From Octopus bimaculoides (lineage: Eukaryota), in NCBI RefSeq assembly GCF_001194135.2, contig NC_068998.1, positions 10,044,581-10,108,580 of the forward strand: a stretch of 64,000 nt of DNA. Reading direction: 5' to 3'. The notes beneath the pieces are model-generated. The model saw only the letters and a list, made by a program, of their open reading frames with translations, ran no database searches and was not told the DNA's origin. Positions 11,489 through 23,850 of this stretch are shown piece by piece (the stretch's first letter is position 1; every line of letters begins with the position of its first letter). A program made the position numbers and the translations under genes.

Positions 11489-12055
11489 CACGTGTGTATT
11501 TGTGTGTGTGTGTGTACATATATATATACATATCTTCAGTTCAATGTTAAATTGTTTTTGAATACAACTTGACATTAAAGTAAACACAGACACACACACA
11601 CACGCACATTTATGTATATGTGTGTGCATGTGGGGTACGATTATATTTACGTATACATTATATTTATGCGTGTATTCGTGTATAAGACGCACCCCAGGTT
11701 TTTCAGTTAAAAATCAACCATAAAAGAGTGCGCCTTATATACGAGTGAATACGGTATATGCGTGTACTTGTGTGTATGTGTCGCGTGCGCACACACACAT
11801 ACTGTATACTTAGACATTTTTTTTATGTATTTATGTATATGTGAGTAAATAACGCGAGATAAAAACTAGTGTTTGTTGTCATTATCTTATTTGTTTTTGC
11901 ATTTAAATTTAAATAACATTTCGACAAACAGTTCACACATTCAAATCACAGAGAAAATGTAGCAGAGATAGGTGTGTGTGCGTGTGCGTTTGTGCGTGCG
12001 TGTGCGTTTGTGCGTGCGTGTGCGCGTGTGCGCGTGTATGTGTGTGCTCGCGCGC

Positions 12056-12090
<35 letters not shown>

Positions 12091-12686
12091 TGGTGTGACG
12101 AAAGGGAAGAATAATATGGAACCCATGTAAAGTTTTAAGACTTGACAAGCGTCTCTGTTATCCCTTGGCAGTATTAAATCTCCGGCAAAATCTTATCTAG
12201 AACCAAAACACGAAATGCATTGAAATTTTAATTCCTTTTTCTCTTCCAATTTTACGTTCATTTCCACCCTTTCAATACAGGCGCAACCGCTTTTATTCAT
12301 GCCCCGTTTGTCTTATCCACACAGACACCTATGGATACACGTGTATTTTGGGGTATCTGTATTTCTATTATATATTTATATTTTTAACATGCATCTTATC
12401 TATGCTTGTCTATTGTTTGCTTGCTTATCTCTATATTTGTTTTTTTTCTATTTATCTATCCATCTGTCTGTCTATCTTTCTTCTCTGACCACCGGTCCGT
12501 CTACATACCACTTTGTCTACCTACCTACGTATGTGTGTGTGTGTGTATATATATATATATGTATCTGTCTGTCGGTTTGTATAACCCTCAATCTATACAT
12601 CTGTCTGTTTTTCTTTCTGCCTGCCTATCTGTTTATGTATCTACCGAGTTATCGATTTATCTGCCTGTCGGTTTGCTTATCCCTCA

Positions 12687-12738
<52 letters not shown>

Positions 12739-12739
12739 C

Positions 12740-13110
12740 TTTTACTTGTTTCAGTCATTCGACTGTGGCCATGCCGGAGCACCGCCTTTAGTCGAGTAAA
12801 TCGCAGGCGTGGCTGTGTAGTAAGTAGCTTGCTTACCAACCACGTGGTTCCGTGTTCAGTCCCAATGCATGGCAACTTGATTAAGTGTCTTTTACTATAG
12901 CCTCGGGCTGACCAAAGCCTTGTGAGTGGATTTGGTAGACGGAAACTGAAAGAAGCTCGTCGTATATATATGTATATATCTGTGTGTGTCTTTGTGGGTA
13001 TGTTCTTTCCTATCACCGGTGTTGGCGTGCTTACGTCCCCATAACAATAGCGGTTCGGCAGACCAGACCGATAGAATAAGTACTAGGCTTAAGAAATAAG
13101 GCCTGGGATC
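12740..13110 (+). mobile_element. SINE family B: reversed tail fragment followed by a forward copy
   Basis: Similarity to 6142-6510. Confidence 0.8.
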
Positions 13111-13831
13111 GAAATAAGAAATAAATCCTACATACTTCGCAGTATTTGCCTATCATCCCCATTTGCCTTTCATCCTCTCGGAGTCGATAAAATAAAATAG
13201 CAGGTATGTACTGGGGGTTTTTACCCTTTGGGGCCAAGGGTAAATAGCCTGTACTGGAGTCGAGGGTATCGGCTAACCCCATCTCTCCTCAAAATTATCG
13301 GTCACCTGCCTAAATCAGAAACCGAGGAAACGCCACTAAAGTGTGTGTGTGTGTGTTTAAGGCATAGTTTGATTCAAAAGTTTCAGTTATTTTTTGGCTA
13401 GGAATGTGATGTTAGCTTACGACTCAATCAAACAGCGAGATGCAGGTAAAGGTGGCTTGCATTTAGTTTAGTTTCAGTATGGCGGTTAAATGACAACGTT
13501 TGTTATATAAGAAGCAGAACGTGAGTGAAGACGGATATAAATAAGGAGAGAACGAAACTTGAACGATGTCACTTGTGAGCTCAAATCATTGAAAGACGTG
13601 AAATAAAAGAGACTCAGTATTTTCTGTGGCCAATAAGAAAGAGAAACAAAGGAGAAGAGAGATGCAGTGGTAGATAATTAATTCCATTGACGTTATGGGA
13701 AGAGTCGTCTGTTATCTACAGACTTCGAGGCAGAGAGGGATACACACTGCTAGTGTAATACAGTCGTATTCTACTAGAATTGCTCTTTAATTCTAGAAGG
13801 AAGACACTTAAAATTCCTTGTTTGTGTGAAT

Positions 13832-13873
<42 letters not shown>

Positions 13874-13973
13874 GGAGAGAGAGGAATAATGAATAAAGAA
13901 AATTTTTAAAGGGAATAAGTGAGGAAGACGGGTAAAGCGGTGGAGAAAAAAAGACAGGGTAACTTTACTTTTT

Positions 13974-14362
13974 TACTCTTTTACTTGTTTCAGTTATTTG
14001 ACTGCGGCCATGCTGGAGCACCGCCTTTAGTCGAGAAATTCGACCCTAGGACTTATTCTTTGTAAGCCTAGTACTTATTCTATCGCCCTCTTTAGCCGAA
14101 CCGCTAAGTTGCGAGGACGTAAACACACCAGCATCGGTTGTCAAGCGATGGTGGGGGGACAAACACAGACACACAAACGCACACACACATATATATATAT
14201 ACACATATATACGACGGGCTTCTTTCAGTTTCCGTCTACCAAATCCACTCACAAGGCTTTGGTCGGCCCGAGGCTATAGTAGAAGACACTTGCCCAAGGT
14301 GCCACGCAGTAAGACTGAACCCGGAACCATGTGGTTGGTAAGCAAGCTACTTACCACACAGC
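13974..14362 (-). mobile_element. SINE family B, near full length
   Basis: Reverse complement of the family B pattern. Confidence 0.9.
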
Positions 14363-14384
14363 CGGAGAATAATGAAGAACGGTA

Positions 14385-14630
14385 TCGTTGTGGTGGATAA
14401 GAAGCTCGTTTTGGAACCAGGTTGTTTCAGGTTCAAATCCACTGCACAGCACCTACTATAGTCCCGGATTGACCAATGCTTTGTCAGTGAATTTTGTAGA
14501 TGGAAACTGTGCGGAACCCCGTCGTGTGTGTGTGTGTGTGTGTATGTGCGTGTTTTCTTGTATTTGTCCCCCACCACTACTTGACAATCGGTGCTGGTTT
14601 GTTTACGTCCCTGTAACTCGGCGGTTCGGA
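14385..14630 (+). mobile_element. SINE family B, diverged copy, head-to-head with the previous element
   Basis: GTGGTGGATAAG...CAGGTTCAAATCC...GATGGAAACTGTGCGGAACCCCGTCG. Confidence 0.75.
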
Positions 14631-14834
14631 TTTCACAAAGCACGTCTTAGTTCGTGTAATCGGGGCATTTATTCACAGACAGTACTCAACAACTAATTAG
14701 AAATTAGACGGGGGTTATGATCAGTGACAAGATGAAATATAATAAATGGAAACGAATGAATTTCGTATGTCTCAATGTAAAGTAAACATGCGTGCCTGAA
14801 ATAGCAGCAAAATCACTCCCGTATACCCTACAGT

Positions 14835-14865
<31 letters not shown>

Positions 14866-14886
14866 CTTTAGATATGTAGTCCTAGA

Positions 14887-15455
14887 TGGCCTGGCTCTCC
14901 GTCGGTTACGACAACGAGTATTTCTGATTTATTTTACTGCCCACAAGGGGCTACACACAGAGGGGACAAACGAAGACAGACAAGAACAGACAAAGGAATT
15001 AAGTCGATTACATCGACCCCAGTGCGTAACTAGTACTTAATTTATCGACCCCGAAAGGATAAGTCGACCTCGGCGGAATTTGAACTCGGCTAATCATTTC
15101 GCCCGATGTGCTAACGTTTCTGCCAGCTCGCCGCCTTACGACAACGAGTGTTTCTGTTTAGCTGATCAACCGAACAGCCTGCTCGTGAAATTAACGTGCA
15201 AGTGGCTGGGCACCCCAAAGATACACGTACCGTTAACGTAGTTTTCGGGGATATTTCAACGTCATGCAGAATGTGCCAAAGCTGGCCTTTCAACTTACGA
15301 GTACAACTCATTTTTGCGAGCTGAGTGGGAGTGGAGTGGAGTAACGAGAACTAAAGTGTCTTGCCCAAGGATACAATTCGCCGCCTAGAATCGAATTCAC
15401 GACCTTACAATTGCGAACCGAATACCTTTAACCACTAAGCTACGATTCTTCACAG
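14887..15455 (-). mobile_element. Nested SINEs: family A (about 14932-15137) inserted into family C
   Basis: Family C sequence (...TTACGACAACGAG...) is interrupted by and resumes after a family A copy. Confidence 0.75.
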
Positions 15456-16164
15456 TTCTAGACACACTATGTCTGAACTCAAAAAAGATTATCTCAACTG
15501 GAATACTGCTTTTATAGGCCTAGGGTTAAACAACAACAACAACGATTGCAAAAGCAATTAAAATGATGGATATATATATGTCTGGGGGTAGGGGACTGCC
15601 ACCCACTCATTCTCACTCAAAGAACCACACATTTACTATATCTATTTTCAGACACCATCCTATCAACCCAAATCCTCCAGAAGTTAGATAGGTTATCTTA
15701 AACCAGGCACCACGTAAGTTAACACCTATTCCATTACTTATGGATTTTTTTTCCTTCTTTGTTGACGATGGATTGGCAGAATCGTTAAAGTGTCAGACAG
15801 AAATACTTTGCAGTATTTATTTGTTCTGGCTCTTTAAGTTCTAAGTTCGAACCCTGCCCAGGTTAACTTTATCTTTCTGGCGTTGATTTAACCCTTTCTC
15901 GTTTAAACCGGTTCTATATGACTCGAATATTCTACCGGTTTTATATTCAAACCAGCTAAATCTGGCCTCGCACACTTACGCTACAATGCCATTTTAAACA
16001 GAAATAACAATCATATCATCAAAATCTCAAACCTACAAGATAATGCATAATAAATTAGCGCAACATTTGAGAGAGTAATCGAAATGCGAAAGGGTTAATC
16101 AACCACCGGCTCCTACATATAAATTTGTGACCTACTTATGTCTGCGTTATTAGGGGGAGCTGGC

Positions 16165-16385
16165 TAAGGCGGCGAACTGGCAGAAGCGTTAGCACGCCGG
16201 GCAAAATGCTTCGCGGCATTTCGGCTGTCCTTACTTTCTCGGTTCAAATTCCGCCGAGGTCGACTTTTCCTTTCATACTTTCGGGGTCGATAAAATAAGG
16301 CACAGTTGGAGACTGGGATCGATGTAATCGACTTACCCCCACTCCCTTGAAATGGCTAGCCTTGTACCAAAATTTGAAATCATTA
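16165..16385 (+). mobile_element. SINE family A
   Basis: GGCGGCGAACTGGCAGAAGCGTTAGCACGCCGG...GGTTCAAATTCCGCCGAGG. Confidence 0.85.
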
Positions 16386-16489
16386 TTTGGAGTTGTCTAT
16401 TGGTTAGAATCGTTAGCTCCTTGTGTTATGAGTTCTGAAGTCAGCTTTACTTTTCATCTTTACGGAGTTAAAACTTCCACTAAACTAGC

Positions 16490-16798
16490 ACTTCGTCGGT
16501 TACGACGACGAGTATTTCTTTTGATCCGATCAAAAGGACAGCCTGCTCGTGAAATTAACATGCAAGTGGTTGAGCACTCCACAGACACGTAGTTCTCAGA
16601 AAGATTCAGCTTGACACAGAATGTGACAAGGCTGGTCCCCTCTGAAATACAGGTACTAGCCATTTCTGTCAGCTGAATGAACTGGAGCAACGTAAAATAG
16701 AACGTCTTGCTAAAAAAAACACAACGCGCCGCCGGGAATCGAACTCATCACTTTGCAATCGCGAGCCGAATATCCTAACCAGTAAGCAACTCGCTTAC
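16490..16798 (-). mobile_element. SINE family C, diverged
   Basis: Similarity to 1-229 and 49838-50490. Confidence 0.75.
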
Positions 16799-17159
16799 AG
16801 GAACAAACTGGACTGCAGATTTCCAACAAGCCAGTAGTGTCAGTTACAACCCAGCAGAATAAATACCATCTGGTATTTTCTTTTTATTCAACGCACCGAA
16901 TTATGCCTGGTTTCTATACTGCACAGTGTATTAGCACATTTAAGTGGAGGTACGGTGTATATATGAAAAACATCGGGCATATGGATTGTACTGAGTCGTT
17001 TGACCGACCGACTGCTCCCAATGTCTTATAAGGTCTGCTCGATAAGAATTGACCTGGGGTTTCACAACAACAAGAACGTCGACTAAAAACCTAAGAGAAA
17101 GAACTACAAAGCTAACTTCCGTTAACATATCTCTGCACCCTCACTTTCACCGTTATCAG

Positions 17160-17186
17160 CAGCCTGTCAAAAGACATTTTACCGTC
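17160..17186 (+). CDS. 27-nt micro-exon QPVKRHFTV (24 nt with the NAGNAG alternative)
   Basis: Acceptor ccctcactttcaccgttatcAG|CAG; donor GTC|GTAAGT; frame-preserving. Confidence 0.5.
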
Positions 17187-17691
17187 GTAAGTAAATTGTA
17201 TTTGCTTTACTATTATGTACTTCCATTTCCTTCTACCACAACACAAATCCCATCCTCAACACACATACAATAAAATGTTTATTGCTTGTCAAATTGTTAT
17301 CAGAGCACATTTATTTTGTATCAATAGCTTTTTGCCTCGATACAAGGCCTCTTTTATATTTGGTTTCGGAAATGGAATAGAAGATAGTCAATGGAATCTA
17401 TTTCTATATCTTACTGGTGAGATTGTGATCATCGAAGCAGTTAATTCCAAATAGATACCGCAAGAACGATATTTCATCAATTCAAACGGTATTAGCCGTG
17501 TAAAACTGTTATTTCCTAGACCTACTGCTCAATTCAATTCCTAGGCGCTGGCATTTTTGTGTGGTTAAGAAATTTGTGGTTTCGACGAGGTTTCGAATCC
17601 AGCCCTACTATTATAACAGCTTCGGGCCGAATAATGTCTGCAGAGTGAATTTATATGACGGAAACTGTGTGGCGGTAGTCGTATGTGTATA

Positions 17692-17737
<46 letters not shown>

Positions 17738-18491
17738 CTTGGAAAAGGATGCGTGGCGTTCGATCATATAATAATATATAGATATATGCATATATCCATA
17801 CATATATGTACATACCTACATCTATATGTATACATACATGCATATATGGGTTCAAGACATAAAAAAAAAACGTTAAACACAATGAAAAAACAGAAAACGA
17901 ACTTTTTTCGAACAACGAAAAAAAACCCAGAGAAATGAGACATGCACACGCATACATACGAATGTGTGGGTGCGTCTTTGAGTTCCCCCGCCGTTTAACA
18001 AGTTTGTTGATGTCTCTCCGTCGTATATATGTTGGGATTTTCAAACATTTAGATACTAAGATAAGTTTCAGCCAGAACTGGTCCAGGCTATGACTAACTT
18101 AATAAGCACCATTTGGAACAGTCATTTATTACAGTACAGACAGTCTTTGAGCACTATGGCTCATTCGAGGAAAGAGATATTATTTATTACTTGCAAAGAT
18201 ATATCCGGATGTAGGTGGTTTATCTGAAATCTGCTGGGAGATATTCGTCCATAAATCGTTTGGACCCATTTCTCCTCTTACGAGTTAAAGAAACCAGGGC
18301 CAGCTAAGGTGAAATAGTTCCGTCTTAGTGTCGTGATGTGATGCAAGTATGATTTTTGTAAAGAACTGATGTCACGGGGAACCGACCGTTGGGTGAATTT
18401 TGAAGTTGATACCAACATTATTTGAGCAATGTTGATGGAATATTTTATGACGATGAAACACCAAACAGAAAACGGAAAACGAACCAATATA

Positions 18492-18666
18492 GGCGCATGA
18501 GTGGCTGTGTGGTAAGTAGTTTGCTTAGCAACCACATCCGGGTTCCGGGTTCAGTCCCCCCACTGCGTGGCACTTTGGACAAGTGTCTCGGGCCGACCAA
18601 AGCCCTGTGAGTGGATTTGGTAGACAGAAACTGAAAGGAGCCCGTCGTATATATGTATATCTGTAT

Positions 18667-18702
<36 letters not shown>

Positions 18703-18870
18703 GTGTGTTTGTCCCCACCAACATCGCTTGACAACCGATGCTGGTGTGTTTACGTCCCCGTAACATAGCGGTTCGGCAAAAGAGACCGATAGAATAAGTC
18801 CTGGGGTTGATTTGCTCGTCTAAAGGCGGTACTCCAGCATAGCCACAGTCAAATGACTGAAACAAGTAAA
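18492..18870 (+). mobile_element. SINE family B, near full length
   Basis: Similarity to 6142-6510. Confidence 0.9.
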
Positions 18871-19293
18871 TGAGTAATTCATCAGAGCACCCAGTGATTA
18901 CTAACTTCAGTAGCTGGGCATCAGTCTAATTAATGAGCAAGCGAATCAACAGTTATCAGAGTTCAGTACATGCAGCATGACTACTAAATCTTGATAGATT
19001 TAAACTTCGTATATTTTTTTCTTTTAATTCCCTCCAGAATCAATAAAAAATATGCTTCTAATACATCAGTATCGAGCCGATTATCGATATCCTTTACTCG
19101 GGAAAACTGGTCTGGTTAATCATTTACATCATGCATTTTGTGAAAGGTGGCGTCGTTGGAAATCACTGGTTCACAGTATTTCAAATGGTATTAGTGACAA
19201 GGGAGCGTCTATGTAGCTAGGGAGGAATAAATACCACAAAGTATTTTTATCCGACATATTGTGTGCATCAGTGTATGTGTATATATGCATATA

Positions 19294-19333
<40 letters not shown>

Positions 19334-19334
<1 letters not shown>

Positions 19335-19646
19335 TCAAAGGCTTTTGGCTCTCGAGAGAAGCGTCTGTGGAGCTGTCATGACAGTGCCCCAAACACGAAG
19401 AAAAACGTGTACAGTGCCGCAGTGCCCCCTTGCTTTCTCTACGCCACGGAATGCATGGCCCTCTACCGAAGGCATCTCAAGGACGTGACGCGAGTCCAAC
19501 TTCGTCATATGCGTTCCGTCTTGCATATCAGACGGCAAGATATCATTCCTGGTGCAGAGATCTTGCTCCATGCTGGCGCAGTTAGTACGGAGGCCCTAAT
19601 TAAACTCATCGCAGCTGCACTGGGCGGAATATGTTTTCTACAGTGA
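19334..19646 (+). mobile_element. RTE-clade LINE reverse-transcriptase C-terminal relic
   Basis: KAFGSREKRLWSCHD...KNVYSAAVPPCFLYATECMALYRRHLK...HMRSVLHIRRQDIIP..EIL..AG, then frameshifted SQLHWAEYV. This matches the RTE/BovB pattern VYRAVVLPTLLYGCETW...LRWAGHV. Confidence 0.8.
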
Positions 19647-19674
19647 ATAGCGTCAGGGCAGGCGGAGCTGTGAT

Positions 19675-20157
19675 CGGACTCCAGTAATGAACTCATTTGC
19701 ATACAGCCAATCAGAACTCACCTTGACCTTTGTTGTCAAGTTAACAAACACACTCAAGATGAAGAACGGTGTTGTAAGTCGACCGATTGCCAAGCTATGC
19801 CTGATCTTAGAAGGAGACAAGTAATTAGATTTGCATCTATACCTATTATCGGATTTTGTTAGGGCCCCATATGGTAAAGATGTGGGTGGGAAAAATGTGG
19901 GTAGAGGGTGATGCGCTAGCAACCCTCACCCCTTACTGTTTTAATAAGTAAACAACAACACAAATAACTACGCAGAGGCAGCCATGGTTGAAACAAGAAC
20001 AAGAACAACAAGCATTATTAAAAGAGAAAAGAAGCATGGTCATTCCTTGCCCAAGTGACCTTATCTTGTCGCCTATCGCTCGTTATGCGCTCATAAACTA
20101 GCTTGATAGTAGAGCTCTATATTGGACGTATGCAAATGAGTTCATAACTGGGGTCCG
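19675..20157. mobile_element. MITE-like element with 37-bp terminal inverted repeats containing octamer and CCAAT motifs
   Basis: 19675-19711 versus the reverse complement of 20121-20157: 33 of 37 identical. Confidence 0.65.
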
Positions 20158-21266
20158 GAACTTTCGTGGAGGAAAAAAATTTCGCTGCCCGGCGGTGTGC
20201 TAACGTTTCTGTCAGCTCGTCACTTTGGTATTCTTGATTACTAAACAGCATAATAACATAGTCTGCAATGAAGTTTAACCACTACTCCTTATTTCCGGTG
20301 CAAATGTCATTACTCATCACAAACCCACTCAGTCCACACACACACCACACTCTATTGTCACTTATTTTCACATTACGCAAGTAGTATTACAGCCTGTTAG
20401 TTTCACTTCCCATCCCACCTCGCTCTCGTATGTGTGCACATGCAATTTATGTGAATATAAGTATGTATACATCATTAAAAAAACATTGTATATATATATA
20501 TATATATATATANNNNNNNNNNNNNNNNNNNNNNNNNNNNNNNNNNNNNNNNNNNNNNNNNNNNNNNNNNNNNNNNNNNNNNNNNNNNNNNNNNNNNNNN
20601 NNNNNNNNNNNNNNNNNNNNNNNNNNNNNNNNNNNNNNNNNNNNNNNNNNNNNNNNNNNNNNNNNNNNNNNNNNNNNNNNNNNNNNNNNNNNNNNNNNNN
20701 NNNNNNNNNNNNNNNNNNNNNNNNNNNNNNNNNNNNNNNNNNNNNNNNNNNNNNNNNNNNNNNNNNNNNNNNNNNNNNNNNNNNNNNNNNNNNNNNNNNN
20801 NNNNNNNNNNNNNNNNNNNNNNNNNNNNNNNNNNNNNNNNNNNNNNNNNNNNNNNNNNNNNNNNNNNNNNNNNNNNNNNNNNNNNNNNNNNNNNNNNNNN
20901 NNNNNNNNNNNNNNNNNNNNNNNNNNNNNNNNNNNNNNNNNNNNNNNNNNNNNNNNNNNNNNNNNNNNNNNNNNNNNNNNNNNNNNNNNNNNNNNNNNNN
21001 NNNNNNNNNNNNNNNNNNNNNNNNNNNNNNNNNNNNNNNNNNNNNNNNNNNNNNNNNNNNNNNNNNNNNNNNNNNNNNNNNNNNNNNNNNNNNNNNNNNN
21101 NNNNNNNNNNNNNNNNNNNNNNNNNNNNNNNNNNNNNNNNNNNNNNNNNNNNNNNNNNNNNNNNNNNNNNNNNNNNNNNNNNNNNNNNNNNNNNNNNNNN
21201 NNNNNNNNNNNNNNNNNNNNNNNNNNNNNNNNNNNGTTGGGGGGGGGAACAAGCACAGACACACAA

Positions 21267-21316
<50 letters not shown>

Positions 21317-21859
21317 GTATATACATACATAAAGACAGAGAGGAGGGAGGGCCACGACAGTACTGGCCGTGTACCTTTTTCCTTTTTTTTATTTGTTGAC
21401 CATTGAAAGAATCAAACTTAAAGATGGCTTTGGGAGGATTAGAACTCAGATTCTCAAAACAAAGAAAAACAAAAAGCTCCGGTAAATCCCGCAACGCTCT
21501 GATGCTTTAAGTTGTGTGTATGCGCATGCGCACACACACACACAAAAGCACATTGTAATTATTTTTTGCATTGTGACTTTTGCTCTGTATTCAAGTCTGT
21601 TAACGTATTCGAAATGCCTTTCTTTTTCATAATAATTATTATTAGAGAAAATGTATCATCATCGTACTCGTCATTTCTGTCTCTCTTTGTCAGACAATGA
21701 AGTGACGACTCAAACATTTCTGCTGTTTTGCATTTGTTTTGTTTTCGAGTCAAAGTTCAAAACGAAAAGAGAAACAAAAATGTAATTAAGAACAACGATG
21801 ACAAAACCAACAATAAAATTAATTGGGTGAGTAAATGTTAAAAAAAGAAAATTATTACA

Positions 21860-22440
21860 GATGCAGGAGTGGCTGTATAGTTAATAAGCTTGCTTTGGAA
21901 CTACGTAGGTTTGGGTTCACTCCCACTGCGCGGCACCTTGGGCAAGTGTCACCTATTATAGCCAGACACCACTGCTTTGCGAGTGAGTTTGGTAAACGGA
22001 GGTTGCGTGGAAGCCCATCGTGTTTGTGTGTGTGTGTGTGTGTCTAGTTCAAAATTGTACAAAAAAAAACAGGTGAGAGGACAATAAACAAGGTGTGCAG
22101 ATTAGTTTACCGTTCACGAAAAATGCAAGAAGTATTTGACATTTCGAGCCTACGCTCTTCTTCAGAAAGGAATGAGAAGGGTAAACAGATGGAGAGAAAG
22201 AAAACGGAGAGAGAAGAAAGAAACGTGTTTGGTGTGTGCATTGTGTGTGTGTTAGGGGAGTATTTGTTCACCCACAACCGCTTGACAACCGATGTTAGTT
22301 TGTTTACTTCCCTGTATCTTAGCAGTTCGGCAAAGATACCGACAGAATAAGTACTGGGGTCGATTTATTCGACTAGCCTTTCCAAAGCAGTGCCCCGGCA
22401 TGGCCGCAGTCCAATGACTGAAACAAAAGATAAAAGATAT
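21860..22440 (+). mobile_element. SINE family B split by an inserted hammerhead-bearing repeat (about 22045-22235)
   Basis: Family B head at 21860-22045 and tail at about 22255-22440. Confidence 0.7.
22138..22165 (-). ncRNA. Minimal hammerhead-ribozyme-like motif
   Basis: Minus strand CUGAAGA-A-GAGC-GUAG-GCUC-GAAA-UG-UC, flanked by UUU/AAA as a possible short stem I. Confidence 0.45.
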
Positions 22441-22489
22441 ATTTCTGTGCCTTACCTACGATTATTTATATTAATTTTATTATGAACGA

Positions 22490-22702
22490 TTCTTATTTCT
22501 TTATTGCCCACAAGGGGCTAAACATAGAGGGGACAAACAAATGGATTAAGTCGATTACATCGACTCCAGTGTGTAACTGGTACTTAATTGGATGAAAGGC
22601 AAAGTCGACCTCGGCGGAATTTGAACTCAAAACGTAACGGCAGACGAAACACCGCTAAGCATTTCGCCCGGCGTGCTAACGGTTCTGCCAGCTCGCCGCC
22701 TT
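22490..22702 (-). mobile_element. SINE family A
   Basis: Reverse complement of the family A pattern. Confidence 0.85.
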
Positions 22703-23127
22703 GGCATAACACACTAACCGTCACCGTAACCATGAAAGATTCACAATACTTCTCTCGCAGTACAATAATACAAATCTGAAACGGAAGCCAGGTGCCGATG
22801 CAGGAAATGATTAATTTCATATTTAAAACAAAAAATAAATAAATAAATTTGAGAAAAGCCTCTTAAACTTCCCTCTTTTGTCTCATCTTTACCAAAGAGA
22901 GTGAGACATTTTCGTAGTTTAGTATGCATGGTAAAGTTCATAGTTGACCAAGTACTCTTGGAAGAGTGGTCTTGCAAAATACACACACAGACACACACAC
23001 AGATACACACATATATAGACACGCATATATACACGTATATATGTACACATGCATATATATATATATATATATGTATATGTATATGAATACACGCACATGT
23101 ATATATATATATATATATATAAGGTGC

Positions 23128-23164
<37 letters not shown>

Positions 23165-23564
23165 CACACACACACACAAAACTCGCGTATTTCTCTCTTG
23201 TAATTTGTCGGTATTCTCAGAGAAAGTTACACGGCCATCTATCATTATTTTGGATGACGTTACCATTTCAATAAGGCATTACAAACCAACCAGCTTTTGT
23301 TTGTTTGTTTCTTGCATTAAAGCAAAGAAATAATGTCTCTAATTGAAAGCCAAACCTGTGTAGCTTGTTACGTTTCCGATTAATTTCAACGTGGCATTAA
23401 ATGTTCTAACACATCGTTGTCTCATTCATTTATTTATAGTTCACTCATTCTTACCATCGACTTACTCATATACTCTTTTTATAGCTGAATCTAGTCTTTG
23501 CAGGTTTGTTGACTAGAATCTGTCTATGTGAGAGTTCCACTAAGTCTATGAATAAATTACTTCC

Positions 23565-23850
23565 TAGGCGCAGTAGTGGCTGTGTGATAAGAAGTTTGCT
23601 TCCCAACCACATGGTTTCGAGTTCAGTTCCACCGCGTGGCACCTTGGGCAGGGCCGACCAAAAGCCTTGTGAGTGAAACTGAAAGAAGCTTGTCATATAT
23701 ATATACATGTATGTGTGTGTGTCCATATTTGTGTATCTGTGTTTGTTTCTCTACCATCGCTTGACAACCGATCTTGGTGTGTTTACGTTCCCGTAACTTT
23801 TAGCGGTTCGACAAAAGACACTGATAGATTAAGAAGCAGGCTTGCAAAGA
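23565..23850 (+). mobile_element. SINE family B
   Basis: Similarity to 6142-6510. Confidence 0.8.

Noticed and set aside
18190-18490. Coding-like fragments (ELKKPGPAKVK, KELMSRGTDRWVNFEVD)
   Set aside because: Interrupted by stops and a frameshift, with no assignable family; possibly an old TE relic.
21400-21790. Possible exons MALGGLELRFSKQRKTKSS| and |DNEVTTQTF...
   Set aside because: The joined product terminates quickly in low-complexity sequence and has no independent support.
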